From Allosphingosinicella sp. (GTDB taxonomy: Bacteria; Pseudomonadota; Alphaproteobacteria; Sphingomonadales; Sphingomonadaceae), in contig DASTFN010000044.1 in NCBI GenBank assembly GCA_035719905.1, positions 4,711 to 68,710 on the forward strand: a stretch of 64,000 bases of DNA, given 5' to 3'. A program made the translations under genes and the position numbers. Below the pieces are notes generated by a model. That model was not told the origin of the DNA. It made no database searches and saw only the letters and a list, made by a program, of their open reading frames with translations. The number at the start of each line of letters is the position of its first letter. Positions within the stretch are counted from its first letter, which is position 1. Positions 1 to 13,307 of the stretch are shown here, one piece after another.

Positions 1-179
1 GCGATTACAATGCCGACGGCCTCGAGATCGGCTTCAACGCCCGCTATCTGCTCGACATACTCGGCCAGATCGAAGGCGACGTCGTCGAGGTCCACCTCGC
101 CGACGCGGCCGCGCCGACCCTCCTGCGCGAGAATGAAAAGGCCGCCGCGCTCTACGTGCTGATGCCGATGCGGGTGTGA
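1..179 (+). CDS. dnaN: DNA polymerase III beta sliding clamp, C-terminal part (5' truncated by window)
   Basis: Manual translation from position 3: DYNADGLEIGFNARYLLDILGQIEGDVVEVHLADAAAPTLLRENEKAAALYVLMPMRV*. IGFN..YL and YVLMPMR are the DnaN C-terminal signature; recF and gyrB follow. Confidence 0.97.
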   Translation, partial: DYNADGLEIGFNARYLLDILGQIEGDVVEVHLADAAAPTLLRENEKAAALYVLMPMRV

Positions 180-616
180 TGATCGAGCCCGAAGCGCCCC
201 GGACGTGGGCCTATGCGGCGGCCTTGCCCATCACGATCGTCTGCCTCGCCCTCGCCAATTTCATCATTGCCTATCTCGGCGGCCAGGCGAACGTCGAAGC
301 GGCCAGGCTCGGTGCCGTCGCTATCGGATTCGTGCAGGGCGTGGCCGGGGCGGTGATCGCGGGCGTTGCCTCCAGCCAGCTGCTCAAGTCGCACCTCCCC
401 GCCGATTTCTGGCTCAAATGGATAGTGTTGGTGGCGGCAGCCCTGTTCGCGATCGTGATCGCCTGGGCAATGGTCATAGGCAAGGCCGACAAAGCCTTGA
501 CCTGGATGACATTCGCCGGAGTCGCCTCGCTCATCGGCACCGAGGTGGGGCGCAGGATGGCAAAGGCTTTGGGGCGCCGGCCGGGCTACGAGGGGCCTGC
601 CGACTCGCCTTCCTGA
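176..616 (+). CDS. Hypothetical membrane protein (about 4 TM)
   Basis: 146 aa ORF overlapping the dnaN stop (GTGA), with several hydrophobic stretches and backbone-like codon usage. Confidence 0.7.
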   Translation: MMIEPEAPRTWAYAAALPITIVCLALANFIIAYLGGQANVEAARLGAVAIGFVQGVAGAVIAGVASSQLLKSHLPADFWLKWIVLVAAALFAIVIAWAMVIGKADKALTWMTFAGVASLIGTEVGRRMAKALGRRPGYEGPADSPS

Positions 617-653
617 TTGAAATACGGGTTCGGGGCGTGCAACACTGACACTG

Positions 654-1424
654 TTGTCAGCAGCGGAGTCGGTCATGGCGAGCCAGAGCTTCAATCCCGC
701 AGTGCCGATGAAGCGCCAGTGGCGCACCGCGTTCCTGGCGCTTCGCCGGCTGCTCGCGAACGGCGACGACACGGTCCAGGTCTTCCGGATCATGCGCGCC
801 CTCAACGCCGACACGTCGCACCGCAATTACCGCCGGCTGATCGGCAGCGCGCAGGGCGGCCGGCTCGCTTACGCCCGGGTCGAGCTCGCGCCCCGGCTGT
901 GCGACCGCGCCTGGATCGATTCCTTCCCGGAAGGCAGCGTCGGCGCGGCCTACCGCTTGTTCCTCGATCGCACCGGCTATTCGGCCGACGGCCTCGCCGA
1001 AATGAGCGTCGCCGACACCGACATTCCCGCCAATCTCGAGCATCCCTACGCCTGGTTCGGCCGGCGCGAGCGCGACGTCCATGACCTCTGGCATGTCCTC
1101 ACCGGCTACGAGGCCGACGAGCCGCTCGGCGAGGCCTGCCTGGTCGCTTTCTCTTTCGCCCAGACCGGCGGCCTCGGCTGGGCCTTCATCGGCGCGGGTG
1201 CGGCTCTGAAGAGCCTCAAGATCACCGGCAACACCGCTTTCGCCCGAGCGGTCTGGGAAGGCTGGCGCCACGGCCGGCGGGCGGAGTGGCTGCACGGCGA
1301 GGATTATGAGGCGCTGATGGGCGAGCCGCTGGACCAGGCGCGGGCTCGGCTGCGCATCGACGAGCCGGTGCGCTACCGCGAGGCGCAGCAAAGGCTCGCT
1401 GAAGCCGGTCTGAAAGGGATCTAG
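654..1424 (+). CDS. Coq4-family (ubiquinone biosynthesis) protein
   Basis: HDLWHVLTGY (HDxxHxxxGY) followed by GEACLVAF; LPEGS(V)G..Y..F motif; 256 aa. Confidence 0.85.
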   Translation: MSAAESVMASQSFNPAVPMKRQWRTAFLALRRLLANGDDTVQVFRIMRALNADTSHRNYRRLIGSAQGGRLAYARVELAPRLCDRAWIDSFPEGSVGAAYRLFLDRTGYSADGLAEMSVADTDIPANLEHPYAWFGRRERDVHDLWHVLTGYEADEPLGEACLVAFSFAQTGGLGWAFIGAGAALKSLKITGNTAFARAVWEGWRHGRRAEWLHGEDYEALMGEPLDQARARLRIDEPVRYREAQQRLAEAGLKGI

Positions 1425-1431
1425 CCCTTAT

Positions 1432-1524
1432 CGTCATTCCGGCGAAAGCCGGAATCCATGAACACCGCCGCATGCACTTCCCGCCGTCCGTGTTCATGGA
1501 TCCCGGATCAAGTTCGGGGTGACG
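1432..1524. repeat. REP/RPE-like palindromic intergenic element
   Basis: cgtcattccggcgaaagccggaatccatgaacac...gtgttcatggatcccggatcaagttcggggtgacg: hairpin TTCCGGC-GAAA-GCCGGAA plus 12-bp inverted arms ATCCATGAACAC/GTGTTCATGGAT; this pattern is typical of alphaproteobacterial REPs. Confidence 0.8.
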
Positions 1525-1534
1525 TAGAGCGTGA

Positions 1535-5488
<3,954 letters not shown>

Positions 5489-5499
5489 GCGCCCCTCTA

Positions 5500-5562
5500 G
5501 AATAAGCCGATTGCGTAGCTACGTTAAGTGATTGCGTGGCTCAAAACATCGATTGCGTGGCT
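5500..5562 (+). repeat. Three direct repeats GATTGCGT(A/G)GCT at 21-bp period; putative transposase-binding sites at the island end
   Basis: Copies at 5509-5520, 5530-5541 and 5551-5562, starting 21 bp after the gyrB stop codon. Confidence 0.8.
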
Positions 5563-6013
5563 AATAGCGGCAAATAACATGTAGGAAGCCCCCTGAAGAG
5601 GTTCGAGGGACGCGTCAGGTGGCGTCGCATACCTTTCGAGACCTCAAATGGCAGGCCGTTCCTGATCGAGCTCCCAGCACTGTCCGACGAGGGGTCGCCA
5701 AATGCGCTTCGCGACATGCCGGCGTTTCGGCCCCCCAAGCGAGGAAAATCAGCCTAGCCTTGGATGATTGTGAGGCTTGGTCGTCGGCCACTGAAATTCG
5801 GCCAAGTCGAACCAACGAATGACAAGGCGGTCGTATTAGACGGTGGCGTGACCTACGAAGCGGTTCGTTTCGGGGCCGCGGCGCTCAATGAGTTTGCTCA
5901 TTCGTTCATAAAACTGATGGACGGGCTTGTTGTTTTGAAAAGCAGCCTCCTGCCGTCTATTTGAGGTTGCAGCAGCAGATACCCTAGTTAGGCTCTCTGC
6001 GCGGGAGGTCTGA

Positions 6014-6931
6014 ATGGCAAATCGGCGCGAATGGAAGGGCGAGGAGTGGCAGGATTTTGCGCTGCAGCTCGTGCAACGCCGCCACGGCGCCGAAAATGTT
6101 CAGAGGGTGCCGGATACGGTCAAGGGCGATGCCGGTCTCGAATTTTTCACCACCTGCGGCTGTCTTTATCAATGCTACGCGCCCGAAGAGGTCTCGGACG
6201 TTAAGAAGGCCGCCAGTGCCATGAAGGCAAAGGCGGGTCGCGATCTGCCGAAGCTTGTAAAGAACCAGACGGTTATCGAAAATCTACTTGCGGGCACGAA
6301 GGTTCATCGCTGGATCCTTCTCTGCCCCTTTCTCGACGACAAGGAGGTAGTTGCATCGATCAGGGCGCGCGGCGTCACGATCAAAGCGAGCAACCTCTCG
6401 TTTGTACTTCCTAATTTCGAGGCGCTTTGCCATTCGCAAGACGATTTCCAGGCGGAGATCGACCAGCTGAAATCGATGTCGCTTGGCCCTCCGCTCAGCG
6501 TGGTGGCCCCGACAGCGCAACAAGTCACCGACGCTGGCAGCACCGAGATAGGAACGCGCATCGACGAGAAGCTCGGCCGTGCCCTCGGGAGGCGCGCGCG
6601 GCCCGATCAGATTGCCTCGAAGCGTAATGAATATGTGAGGGCCCATCTTCATCGCGAGAATGCGCTCGATCAGCTTCGCGACAATCATGCCGTGCTCTGG
6701 GAGCGGGCCTTCGAGGCGATCGAGGCAGAGGAGGCGCGGCTCATCGCGGTGGGGGCGATTTCGACGCTGCCTGGTCAGCAGCTTCAGGAGAGCATGAGTC
6801 GGATCGAGGCGTCCCTCACTGAGGCATTGCCGACGGTGAGCCCTGGCCTGCGAACGCGAATTGCTCTGGGCACGATCAGCGACTGGCTCATCCGTTGCCC
6901 CCTCGATTTTCCGGACGGCACTGTTTCGTGA
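6014..6931 (+). CDS. Lamassu/ABC-3C effector component (PD-(D/E)xK-like nuclease plus C-terminal domain)
   Basis: GDAGLEFF...YQCYAPE nuclease-like motif; C-terminal DWLIRCPLDF; first gene of a 3-gene coupled operon ending in an SMC-like ATPase. Confidence 0.75.
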   Translation: MANRREWKGEEWQDFALQLVQRRHGAENVQRVPDTVKGDAGLEFFTTCGCLYQCYAPEEVSDVKKAASAMKAKAGRDLPKLVKNQTVIENLLAGTKVHRWILLCPFLDDKEVVASIRARGVTIKASNLSFVLPNFEALCHSQDDFQAEIDQLKSMSLGPPLSVVAPTAQQVTDAGSTEIGTRIDEKLGRALGRRARPDQIASKRNEYVRAHLHRENALDQLRDNHAVLWERAFEAIEAEEARLIAVGAISTLPGQQLQESMSRIEASLTEALPTVSPGLRTRIALGTISDWLIRCPLDFPDGTVS

Positions 6932-7407
6932 CAGATCCCGAAATCACCGATGGACGCTTCTCGTTCCAGCGTCGACCGACCCCCGTGCCGGGTGATCTGC
7001 GAATAGCTTGGAGGGTCTCTCTGATCCTGCTGATGCTGGCGGCCTCGCGGTCGAGTCGGGCGTCGCTCGCCAAGCTGCACATCCTCAACGATGCGATCCG
7101 TTCCAATCAGGTCCATCGGCTGAAGGCCGCGACCGACGCCGATGCTCGAACGCTTCCATGGAATCTCCGCGTCGAACCCGCATTTGCTCGGGCGATCGAC
7201 TTCGTGGTGGGTGAACGTCTTGCGGCTTGGACGAAGGCCGGAGGGCGCGCTTCGCTACAGCTCACCGCCAGCGGGATAGCGGCAGCGGCAGGGCTTGAAC
7301 AATTCCAGGACGCACTTCAGGAGGAGCGAGCCATTATCGCAGAACATGCAAGGAAGCTGACCGAAATCCGTGTCACCGCCCTCCTGGGAGAAAGGCCTGA
7401 CGCATGA
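6928..7407 (+). CDS. ABC-3C middle component (LmuC-like), 159 aa
   Basis: GTG start overlaps the upstream stop (GTGA); small protein between effector and ATPase with R.EPAF.RAIDF motif. Confidence 0.7.
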   Translation: MTDPEITDGRFSFQRRPTPVPGDLRIAWRVSLILLMLAASRSSRASLAKLHILNDAIRSNQVHRLKAATDADARTLPWNLRVEPAFARAIDFVVGERLAAWTKAGGRASLQLTASGIAAAAGLEQFQDALQEERAIIAEHARKLTEIRVTALLGERPDA

Positions 7408-9482
7408 TCAGATTTCGGCATCTCCGGCTTCGGTCCTTTACTGCAACGCGCGCTTTCGGAGCCGACATTCCGTTCGGCCCGGGGCTGAACATAATTCAAG
7501 CGCCGAATACGTCCGGAAAGTCCACTTGCCTGCAGGCGGTGATTTATGCGCTCGGGCTTGAGCGATCGCTTGGTCCGCAGCTCGCTATCCCGCTACCATA
7601 CGCAATGCGCGAGCGCATCCATGCGGCAGAGAGTGAGCCTTACGAGCTCGTCCTGCAGTCGTTCGTTGAACTGGAAATTGAAAACGAACGTGGCGAGATT
7701 GTTGTCCTTCACCGTGATGTCGTCGGTGAGAAGAGCACCAAGCTGGTCCAGGCCTCCTTCGGCGCTGGCTTGAGCGAAGAGGCAGCGACGACACGCCAAC
7801 AAGACTTCTACGTCCTTGATGGCGGCGCTGCCGTTCAGGAAGACGGCTTTCATTACTTTCTGGCTAATTTTCTGAGGTGGAACCTGCCAACGGTCGCCCG
7901 TTACGATGGGACGGAATGCCCGCTCTATTTGGAAGCCATCTTCCCGATGCTCTTCGTTGAGCAGAAGCGAGGCTGGTCGACGATCCAGGGACCATTTCCC
8001 ACATACTTCCGGATCCAGGACGTCGCGCGCCGGGTAATGGAGTTCCTCCTGAACCTAGACGTCGCCCAATATCGCCGGGAACGGACTGATCTACGGCACG
8101 CGATCACGGAACTGAACAGCCGATGGGGAAGCGAGCGTGCAAAGCTTGCGGAGGCTGCCAACCGGATCGGTCGTGTTCGTGGGCTGCCGCAGTCACCCAC
8201 GGCAGAGTTCGCCTTGCAGCCTCAAATCGACCTGCAGCTGTTCCACGAGGGCGAATGGGTCCGGCTGTCGGAGTTGGTCGCCGAGGTGGAGAGCCGGATT
8301 GCTGAGCTGGAAGCCGCGCAATTGCAGACGGTCGAGGACGTCGCGCCGCAACTTGAAGCGCGCATCACCGTATTGCGCGAACAGATCGATCGCGAAACGG
8401 CCGTGCTGGAAGCCGTTCGCGGCGAACATGCCTCTGAAACCCAAGACAGCCAAGCCTTGACCTCGCGGGTCAGAACACTCGAGGTCGACCTGCGCCGTAA
8501 CCAGGACGCGCAGAAGCTGCAGCGTATGGGTTCCGAGCTCGGCAAGGCGTCCTCGGAACATTTGTGCCCGACGTGCCACCAAGGGGTATCGAACGAGCTG
8601 CTGCCGACCGTCGATGCGGTTGGCATGGGGCTCGATGAGAATGTCGCGTTCGTAAAATCGCAGCTGGAGCTTTATCGATCCGCATTGGCCTCATCTCGCG
8701 AACGGTTGCAGGAGATCGCTGGACGATTCCGAGGTGTCGAACGCAATCTGCAGGACAGGCAGCAGGAATTGCGAACCCTTCGGCAGGAATTGCTCAGGCC
8801 AGGAGCTTCCCCATCACGTGCGACGATCGAGAATCTCGTCCGCCAGCAGAGCTTCGTCAATCAGCTGCGCAGCATCGATGACCTTGCCATCTCGTTGATG
8901 GACGAACTCCAGGGCATCGCATCGGAATGGGCGCAGGCGACCGAAGCACTACGGAAACTCCCCGACGACAACCTGACCCCAAATGATACGAAGAAGGTTG
9001 AGGAGCTGACGCGGCGGATTTGCGAACAGCTTACGTCTTACCGGTTTCGGTCGTTCCAGCCGACGGAGATCTCGCTGTCGATGGACAATTTTCGTCCACT
9101 CGTCCGTGAGCGCGACGGCCTCGAAGTCATCGAAAAGGAGATCAATTTCGAGGTATCGGCGAGTGACGCGATCCGCCTGAAATGGGCGTATTTGCTCGCT
9201 ACGTTCGAACTCAAAAGCTCGCAGGACACGCACCATCCCGGCATCGTCATATTTGACGAACCGGGGCAGCAGGAGATCGATTCCGAGAGCCTGTTCGCTT
9301 TCCTGAAGCGAGCCGGCACAGCCAGCCGGAACGACGGTCAGATAATTGTCTCGACCTCGGAGCCGCTGCCTCTCGTTGAGGTCGAAATGCGCGACCGCGC
9401 CCGGATCATCGACTTTCCGGGCTTCATCCTGCAGCCTCTGGAAAAAGAAGTTCCTAATAGCCTTGAGGAGCTGCTGGGGTGA
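7404..9482 (+). CDS. SMC/Rad50-like ABC ATPase (LmuB-like)
   Basis: Walker A APNTSGKST, long coiled coil with CPTC zinc-hook-like motif, SASD signature, Walker B IVIFDEPGQQ; 692 aa. Confidence 0.88.
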   Translation: MIRFRHLRLRSFTATRAFGADIPFGPGLNIIQAPNTSGKSTCLQAVIYALGLERSLGPQLAIPLPYAMRERIHAAESEPYELVLQSFVELEIENERGEIVVLHRDVVGEKSTKLVQASFGAGLSEEAATTRQQDFYVLDGGAAVQEDGFHYFLANFLRWNLPTVARYDGTECPLYLEAIFPMLFVEQKRGWSTIQGPFPTYFRIQDVARRVMEFLLNLDVAQYRRERTDLRHAITELNSRWGSERAKLAEAANRIGRVRGLPQSPTAEFALQPQIDLQLFHEGEWVRLSELVAEVESRIAELEAAQLQTVEDVAPQLEARITVLREQIDRETAVLEAVRGEHASETQDSQALTSRVRTLEVDLRRNQDAQKLQRMGSELGKASSEHLCPTCHQGVSNELLPTVDAVGMGLDENVAFVKSQLELYRSALASSRERLQEIAGRFRGVERNLQDRQQELRTLRQELLRPGASPSRATIENLVRQQSFVNQLRSIDDLAISLMDELQGIASEWAQATEALRKLPDDNLTPNDTKKVEELTRRICEQLTSYRFRSFQPTEISLSMDNFRPLVRERDGLEVIEKEINFEVSASDAIRLKWAYLLATFELKSSQDTHHPGIVIFDEPGQQEIDSESLFAFLKRAGTASRNDGQIIVSTSEPLPLVEVEMRDRARIIDFPGFILQPLEKEVPNSLEELLG

Positions 9483-9752
9483 CCTTCGCCAGGGAATGCT
9501 AAGATAGATAGAGCGGAACGGCTCATGCCATCCAATGCCGACACGTGCTTATTTACCGGGAGCGGGTGCCCAAGATGGCTGAGTTCAGCCCTTCAAACAC
9601 AACGGTAGCATGGGCAGTTCAGACGCATCGCTAATTAACAGGTCGACCATTGATCTTTCGAACGCATTGTCGGTAACCTTCCGGTAGGCACCGCAGGCAG
9701 GTGATGGCGGCGATGGCTGATCGTTTCGGTCGGTCGTGAAGAGGAGGCTGCA

Positions 9753-10124
9753 ATGCGACTGAGCATCATCTGCTTCTGCGCTTCGGCGCTTGGCGGCTTG
9801 GCCTCCGCAGCGGCATTGAGCCAAGAGCGCCGGTATTCGGATCCAGTTACCTTCTGCGCCGCCGTTCGGACGACGAGTGACATTGTCGATAGCGGCAGCG
9901 ATCGCCGCTATCGCGGACCGGCTGCGCCGGATTGGATGCTTCGGGCCGTCGATGTAAGCCGCGAGGCGCAATGGGGGTCGCCGGTATATTGGCGATGCCG
10001 GGGCGGACGGGTGCTCGCTTGCGTCGCTGGCATGAGCGGCCTCAACGCTCAGGTTTGCTTCAAGGAGTTCAACAACGGTCGCTGGGACGAAGCGATTTGG
10101 CAGGACGTAACGCCGCGGCGATAG
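9753..10124 (+). CDS. Secreted Cys-containing hypothetical protein
   Basis: RBS GAGGAGG, signal peptide (..LASAAALS), YWRCRGGRVLAC. Confidence 0.7.
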   Translation: MRLSIICFCASALGGLASAAALSQERRYSDPVTFCAAVRTTSDIVDSGSDRRYRGPAAPDWMLRAVDVSREAQWGSPVYWRCRGGRVLACVAGMSGLNAQVCFKEFNNGRWDEAIWQDVTPRR

Positions 10125-10239
10125 AGGCTTGATCAGGCCCTGCACGATACCGGCGCGGTCCGCTATGATGACAATGTAGCATATCGAGATCTGGCGGCAC
10201 GAATGGATTGTTCACGAATAGAGCACGGGCCTGCCGGCC

Positions 10240-10650
10240 TTAACGCTGACAGTGAGGGCCGGGTCCATAAAACTTAATTGATCGACAAAGTGTAGTTTCT
10301 TCGAACCATTGTCCTTTAGTGAGGTCCTCCCCGCCAGCGGTCACAAGTAGCCATCGGCTTCCACGTCTCCATGCGTAGTGGCACCAAGAAACCGAGGCGC
10401 CGCAGGTAAGAACTTCGGGATGAGGAGGACAGCTGTCCCATCCGCAGGAGTTTTTGGGTGCAAGCGCGACAGGCTGCCACCCTGAGCGAATCAGCGCTGC
10501 GCGTACAGCCGGGTATCGCATCGATGTTGAAAGGCGCGGCATTGGTACACCGGCGCCTGAGGTTGCCGTTCGTGATTTCGGATGTTGAGCTATCAGGCTC
10601 GTGACCGGCATTGCGGTAATGAAAAGAAGAGCGACCAGTTTCCATTGCAT
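10240..10650 (-). CDS. Secreted Cys-rich hypothetical protein (paralog of 11072-11518)
   Basis: Probable start MQWKLVALLF at 10650; Y..VR..LIRSGWQP..CG..SCP..EV..C..C.YAW motif. Confidence 0.7.
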   Translation of the reverse strand: MQWKLVALLFITAMPVTSLIAQHPKSRTATSGAGVPMPRLSTSMRYPAVRAALIRSGWQPVALAPKNSCGWDSCPPHPEVLTCGASVSWCHYAWRRGSRWLLVTAGGEDLTKGQWFEETTLCRSIKFYGPGPHCQR

Positions 10651-10718
10651 TGCAGTCTCCCTGCGAGTTGCAGCTTTTCTGCGGCTCAAGTCCCACGATG
10701 CAGATGGCATGAACCTCG

Positions 10719-11030
10719 TCACTGAATTTCGGCGACTTCCGTAACTGTAGTGCGCTTGTCCATGATACAGACGAAGCGCCTGATGCTCCTCCGATCCGTA
10801 GCTTGCACGAGGGCAACGCCGTGACTTTCGGAGCCGAACGAGGAAACCTGCACTTCGATTCGATCGCCCATGCTGACAGCAGACGACCTCTTGAGCGCTT
10901 CCAGGCATTTTTGGCGTGTTTCCGCTCTGAAGCGCTCCCATTCCCCTGGAGGCGAGGCGTGGCTGGCGACTGCGCCAAAAAGCAGGATTGCGCCGGCCAG
11001 CGCCGATAGCCATGCTCCTGCTGTCACCAC
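10719..11030 (-). CDS. Small secreted hypothetical protein
   Basis: Signal peptide ending ASHA; two Cys; FGSE...CIMDKRT..EV. Confidence 0.65.
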   Translation of the reverse strand: MVTAGAWLSALAGAILLFGAVASHASPPGEWERFRAETRQKCLEALKRSSAVSMGDRIEVQVSSFGSESHGVALVQATDRRSIRRFVCIMDKRTTVTEVAEIQ

Positions 11031-11071
11031 ATTTTTCCCATTTCCCTATCCAGCACGCACATCCCACTCTC

Positions 11072-11518
11072 TCAGTTGCAGTGCCAAACCGCTGTGTACT
11101 GTCGATCCCGGGTAATCGAGGAGCAGCGCTTCAACCTTAAGAAGGTCTGCACCTCTCCCTCCCCGCCACCGGTAACCATCAAATAAGTGTTCGTCTTCTT
11201 CCAGGCATAGAAGCAGGGAGCCTCGGCTCCCACACCGGTGCACCAGATCACTTCCCGGAACGAAGGGCAGCTCCCCAAACCGCACTTACCGCCGGACAGG
11301 GGCAAGGGCGTCCAGCCCTGTCTGATGAGGCTTGATCGCACACGATCATAGCCCATGCCGCTTGGGAATTTCGGGAGCGCGGATGCCGTGGCTTGAGTGC
11401 CGCCGCGCCGCATCTGAGCCTGACTGGGGTCGGGTGAGCCTGACACCAACAGGCCGATCGTACCCAGCACCGTCGTCAGCCCGCCCAATTTGCCCGGAGC
11501 TCCCGCCATTTTCCGCAT
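11072..11518 (-). CDS. Secreted Cys-rich hypothetical protein (paralog of 10240-10650)
   Basis: Y.RVR..LIRQGWTP..CG..SCP..EV..C..C.YAW. The start could alternatively be 11578. Confidence 0.7.
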   Translation of the reverse strand: MRKMAGAPGKLGGLTTVLGTIGLLVSGSPDPSQAQMRRGGTQATASALPKFPSGMGYDRVRSSLIRQGWTPLPLSGGKCGLGSCPSFREVIWCTGVGAEAPCFYAWKKTNTYLMVTGGGEGEVQTFLRLKRCSSITRDRQYTAVWHCN

Positions 11519-11639
11519 CCTATCTCCGCCCGAACGTGCCGTCCGCTTCATATCGATGAACGATTGCAGCCTTCTCATGATCGCTTCCTCAGCCCCTCCG
11601 GGCCCGCATCGGCCCAAGCCGCCAAGGTCAGCTCACGGC

Positions 11640-12188
11640 TCACTCGGGGAAAACTTCCACGAAGCGCCCTGAGCGAAACAGGTAGCCCGTTCGCCCATCC
11701 GTCTCGCAGCCAGCGACGAAGGGAGCGTCGAGCGGCAGCACCTTGGTTGCGCCCGGATCAACGGTCCCGTCTCTGAGAATGGTTCGATAGGCGGTGCCCC
11801 GCCGAGCCACTCCGACGGCCTCGCTTAGCCGAGCCTCCGGCGACAGCGTGTGAATTCGGAACGTTGCCGCCTGAGCGATTGCCGCAACAATGCGCATCTG
11901 CCCGGTTCGAAGCCGCAGCTTCAGCACATAATCTCTTCGGCCGTCGCCGTTGAAGTCTCCTCCCCTGATGCCTTTCTGATATTCGGACGAGCATCCCTCG
12001 GCGACATCGATCCGTCTGGAACCGGGGAAATCTCGAACGATGGCTCGGTTCAGGGGCGTAAGGGGGTCGGCTCTGGGCAATTGAAGGGCAGCCGCCGGAG
12101 TCGGCGTCATGCCCATTACCGCGATAGCCGCCAGTCCAGCGAGGGCTGCCCGATCGCGAACAGGCCCTGCTGCTAAATCAGTTCTCAT
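11640..12188 (-). CDS. Secreted protein with FG-GAP-like Ca-binding motif
   Basis: RBS GGAGG, signal peptide, GDFNGDGRRDYV. Confidence 0.65.
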   Translation of the reverse strand: MRTDLAAGPVRDRAALAGLAAIAVMGMTPTPAAALQLPRADPLTPLNRAIVRDFPGSRRIDVAEGCSSEYQKGIRGGDFNGDGRRDYVLKLRLRTGQMRIVAAIAQAATFRIHTLSPEARLSEAVGVARRGTAYRTILRDGTVDPGATKVLPLDAPFVAGCETDGRTGYLFRSGRFVEVFPE

Positions 12189-12268
12189 CCTCGATCGCCT
12201 CCGTAATGAATGAGTTCGAGAACCGGTTTTGGTGGGCGCGCAGCGCGGTCGGATCCGACGAGGATCAC

Positions 12269-12682
12269 CTACAAGCCCGTGCACAGACGATAGCGGGTTT
12301 GCCCGTACTCATTAGCAACCATGAACTCGGTACGGCTTATGATCGTGTACCGTTCGGGTGTGGGGCTATCCTCGGAGCAGGAAGCGCGGACGGAATAGAC
12401 GTTTCTCGTCACGCTCGTGACCCGATAGCGACACTGGCCGAATTGCGGCGAGTGGAGCGGGAGCCCCTTTGAGATAACGGTCCTGTCGGCCATCGGGGCG
12501 GAGTCGCAGGAACCCGCACGCCACGCAGCAGCGCTGGCATCCACATATCTACCGCTTTGTAGCGGAAGCGTGGCCGCAGCTGAGCGACTTCTTTGTTGAG
12601 CGAAGGACGTGCTTTGCGAGGTGAAGGCGACAGCTGAGGTCAACAGGGCCAGGAATATGAGAGAGTGTCGTTGAAGCTTCAC
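12269..12682 (-). CDS. Secreted hypothetical protein
   Basis: Signal peptide, LPLQSGRYV..C, four Cys; coupled to the upstream gene. Confidence 0.65.
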   Translation of the reverse strand: MKLQRHSLIFLALLTSAVAFTSQSTSFAQQRSRSAAATLPLQSGRYVDASAAAWRAGSCDSAPMADRTVISKGLPLHSPQFGQCRYRVTSVTRNVYSVRASCSEDSPTPERYTIISRTEFMVANEYGQTRYRLCTGL

Positions 12683-12685
12683 GGC

Positions 12686-13258
12686 TCAGTCTCCTCCGAA
12701 TTCGTCCATGCCAGAAAATTCGCGCTGTGGGTTGCGGACCCACGCCGTCTTTCTCCCATCCAGCTGCACGCGCACCCACCAAGTCCAACGGAGGGGCGCC
12801 ACGCTGAGTGGTCGTTCGTAGCGAAGGTTGAGGTCGAGTGATCCTTGGATGATCCGTCCGCCATGCCGAACGACGATCGTGCCTTCGCCGCCGGGATGAA
12901 GCACGTCGACGATACTTCCGACGCGCAACCCCGCCGCACGGTCGGAGTCCCAGACCTTGATGACCATAGCTCTTCGTGGCACCGCCCTTACCTCGCCTCC
13001 TAAGGCAATGATCCTGGTCCCAGCGCGCAACGTGCCTGTTGGCGCTCCATTGATGGCCTGGAACAGCCGCACTGTCTGGCGAGCCCTCCAGGGGCCGAAC
13101 CTGCAGCCCTCGAACGGGCAGGCGTTCGGCACCCGCACCTCGCCGGATCCGGCCTGTAAGGGCCTTGCTGCCTTGCTTTTCGGCAGTTGTGCACCGACCG
13201 GCGGCGGTGAGCCCAAGAAGCCTGCGACCAAGGCAATTCCCAGCACGATCCTTTTCAC
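12686..13258 (-). CDS. Secreted hypothetical protein
   Basis: GTG start with AGGAG RBS, signal peptide ending VGA, CPFEGC motif. Confidence 0.65.
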   Translation of the reverse strand: MKRIVLGIALVAGFLGSPPPVGAQLPKSKAARPLQAGSGEVRVPNACPFEGCRFGPWRARQTVRLFQAINGAPTGTLRAGTRIIALGGEVRAVPRRAMVIKVWDSDRAAGLRVGSIVDVLHPGGEGTIVVRHGGRIIQGSLDLNLRYERPLSVAPLRWTWWVRVQLDGRKTAWVRNPQREFSGMDEFGGD

Positions 13259-13307
13259 GCGACAACTCCTTGATGGCAGGGCCCGAACTTGCGAGTGAGC
13301 CTTGAGA

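Noticed and set aside
5493-5505. CCCTCTAGAATAA identical to 54801-54813 (possible attL/attR direct repeat)
   Set aside because: The second copy is part of the palindromic box at the arsR start, no integrase is present, and one 13-mer match from a 60-bp query region is plausible by chance.
5500-5562. CRISPR array or iteron interpretation of the junction repeats
   Set aside because: Repeats are 12 bp with 9-bp spacers, too short for CRISPR, and there is no cas or rep gene in the window. No CRISPR array was seen anywhere.
5563-5580. ACA at 5577-5579 read as a reverse-strand TGT transposon terminus
   Set aside because: That orientation would place gyrB inside the element, and the spacing to the first box is atypical.
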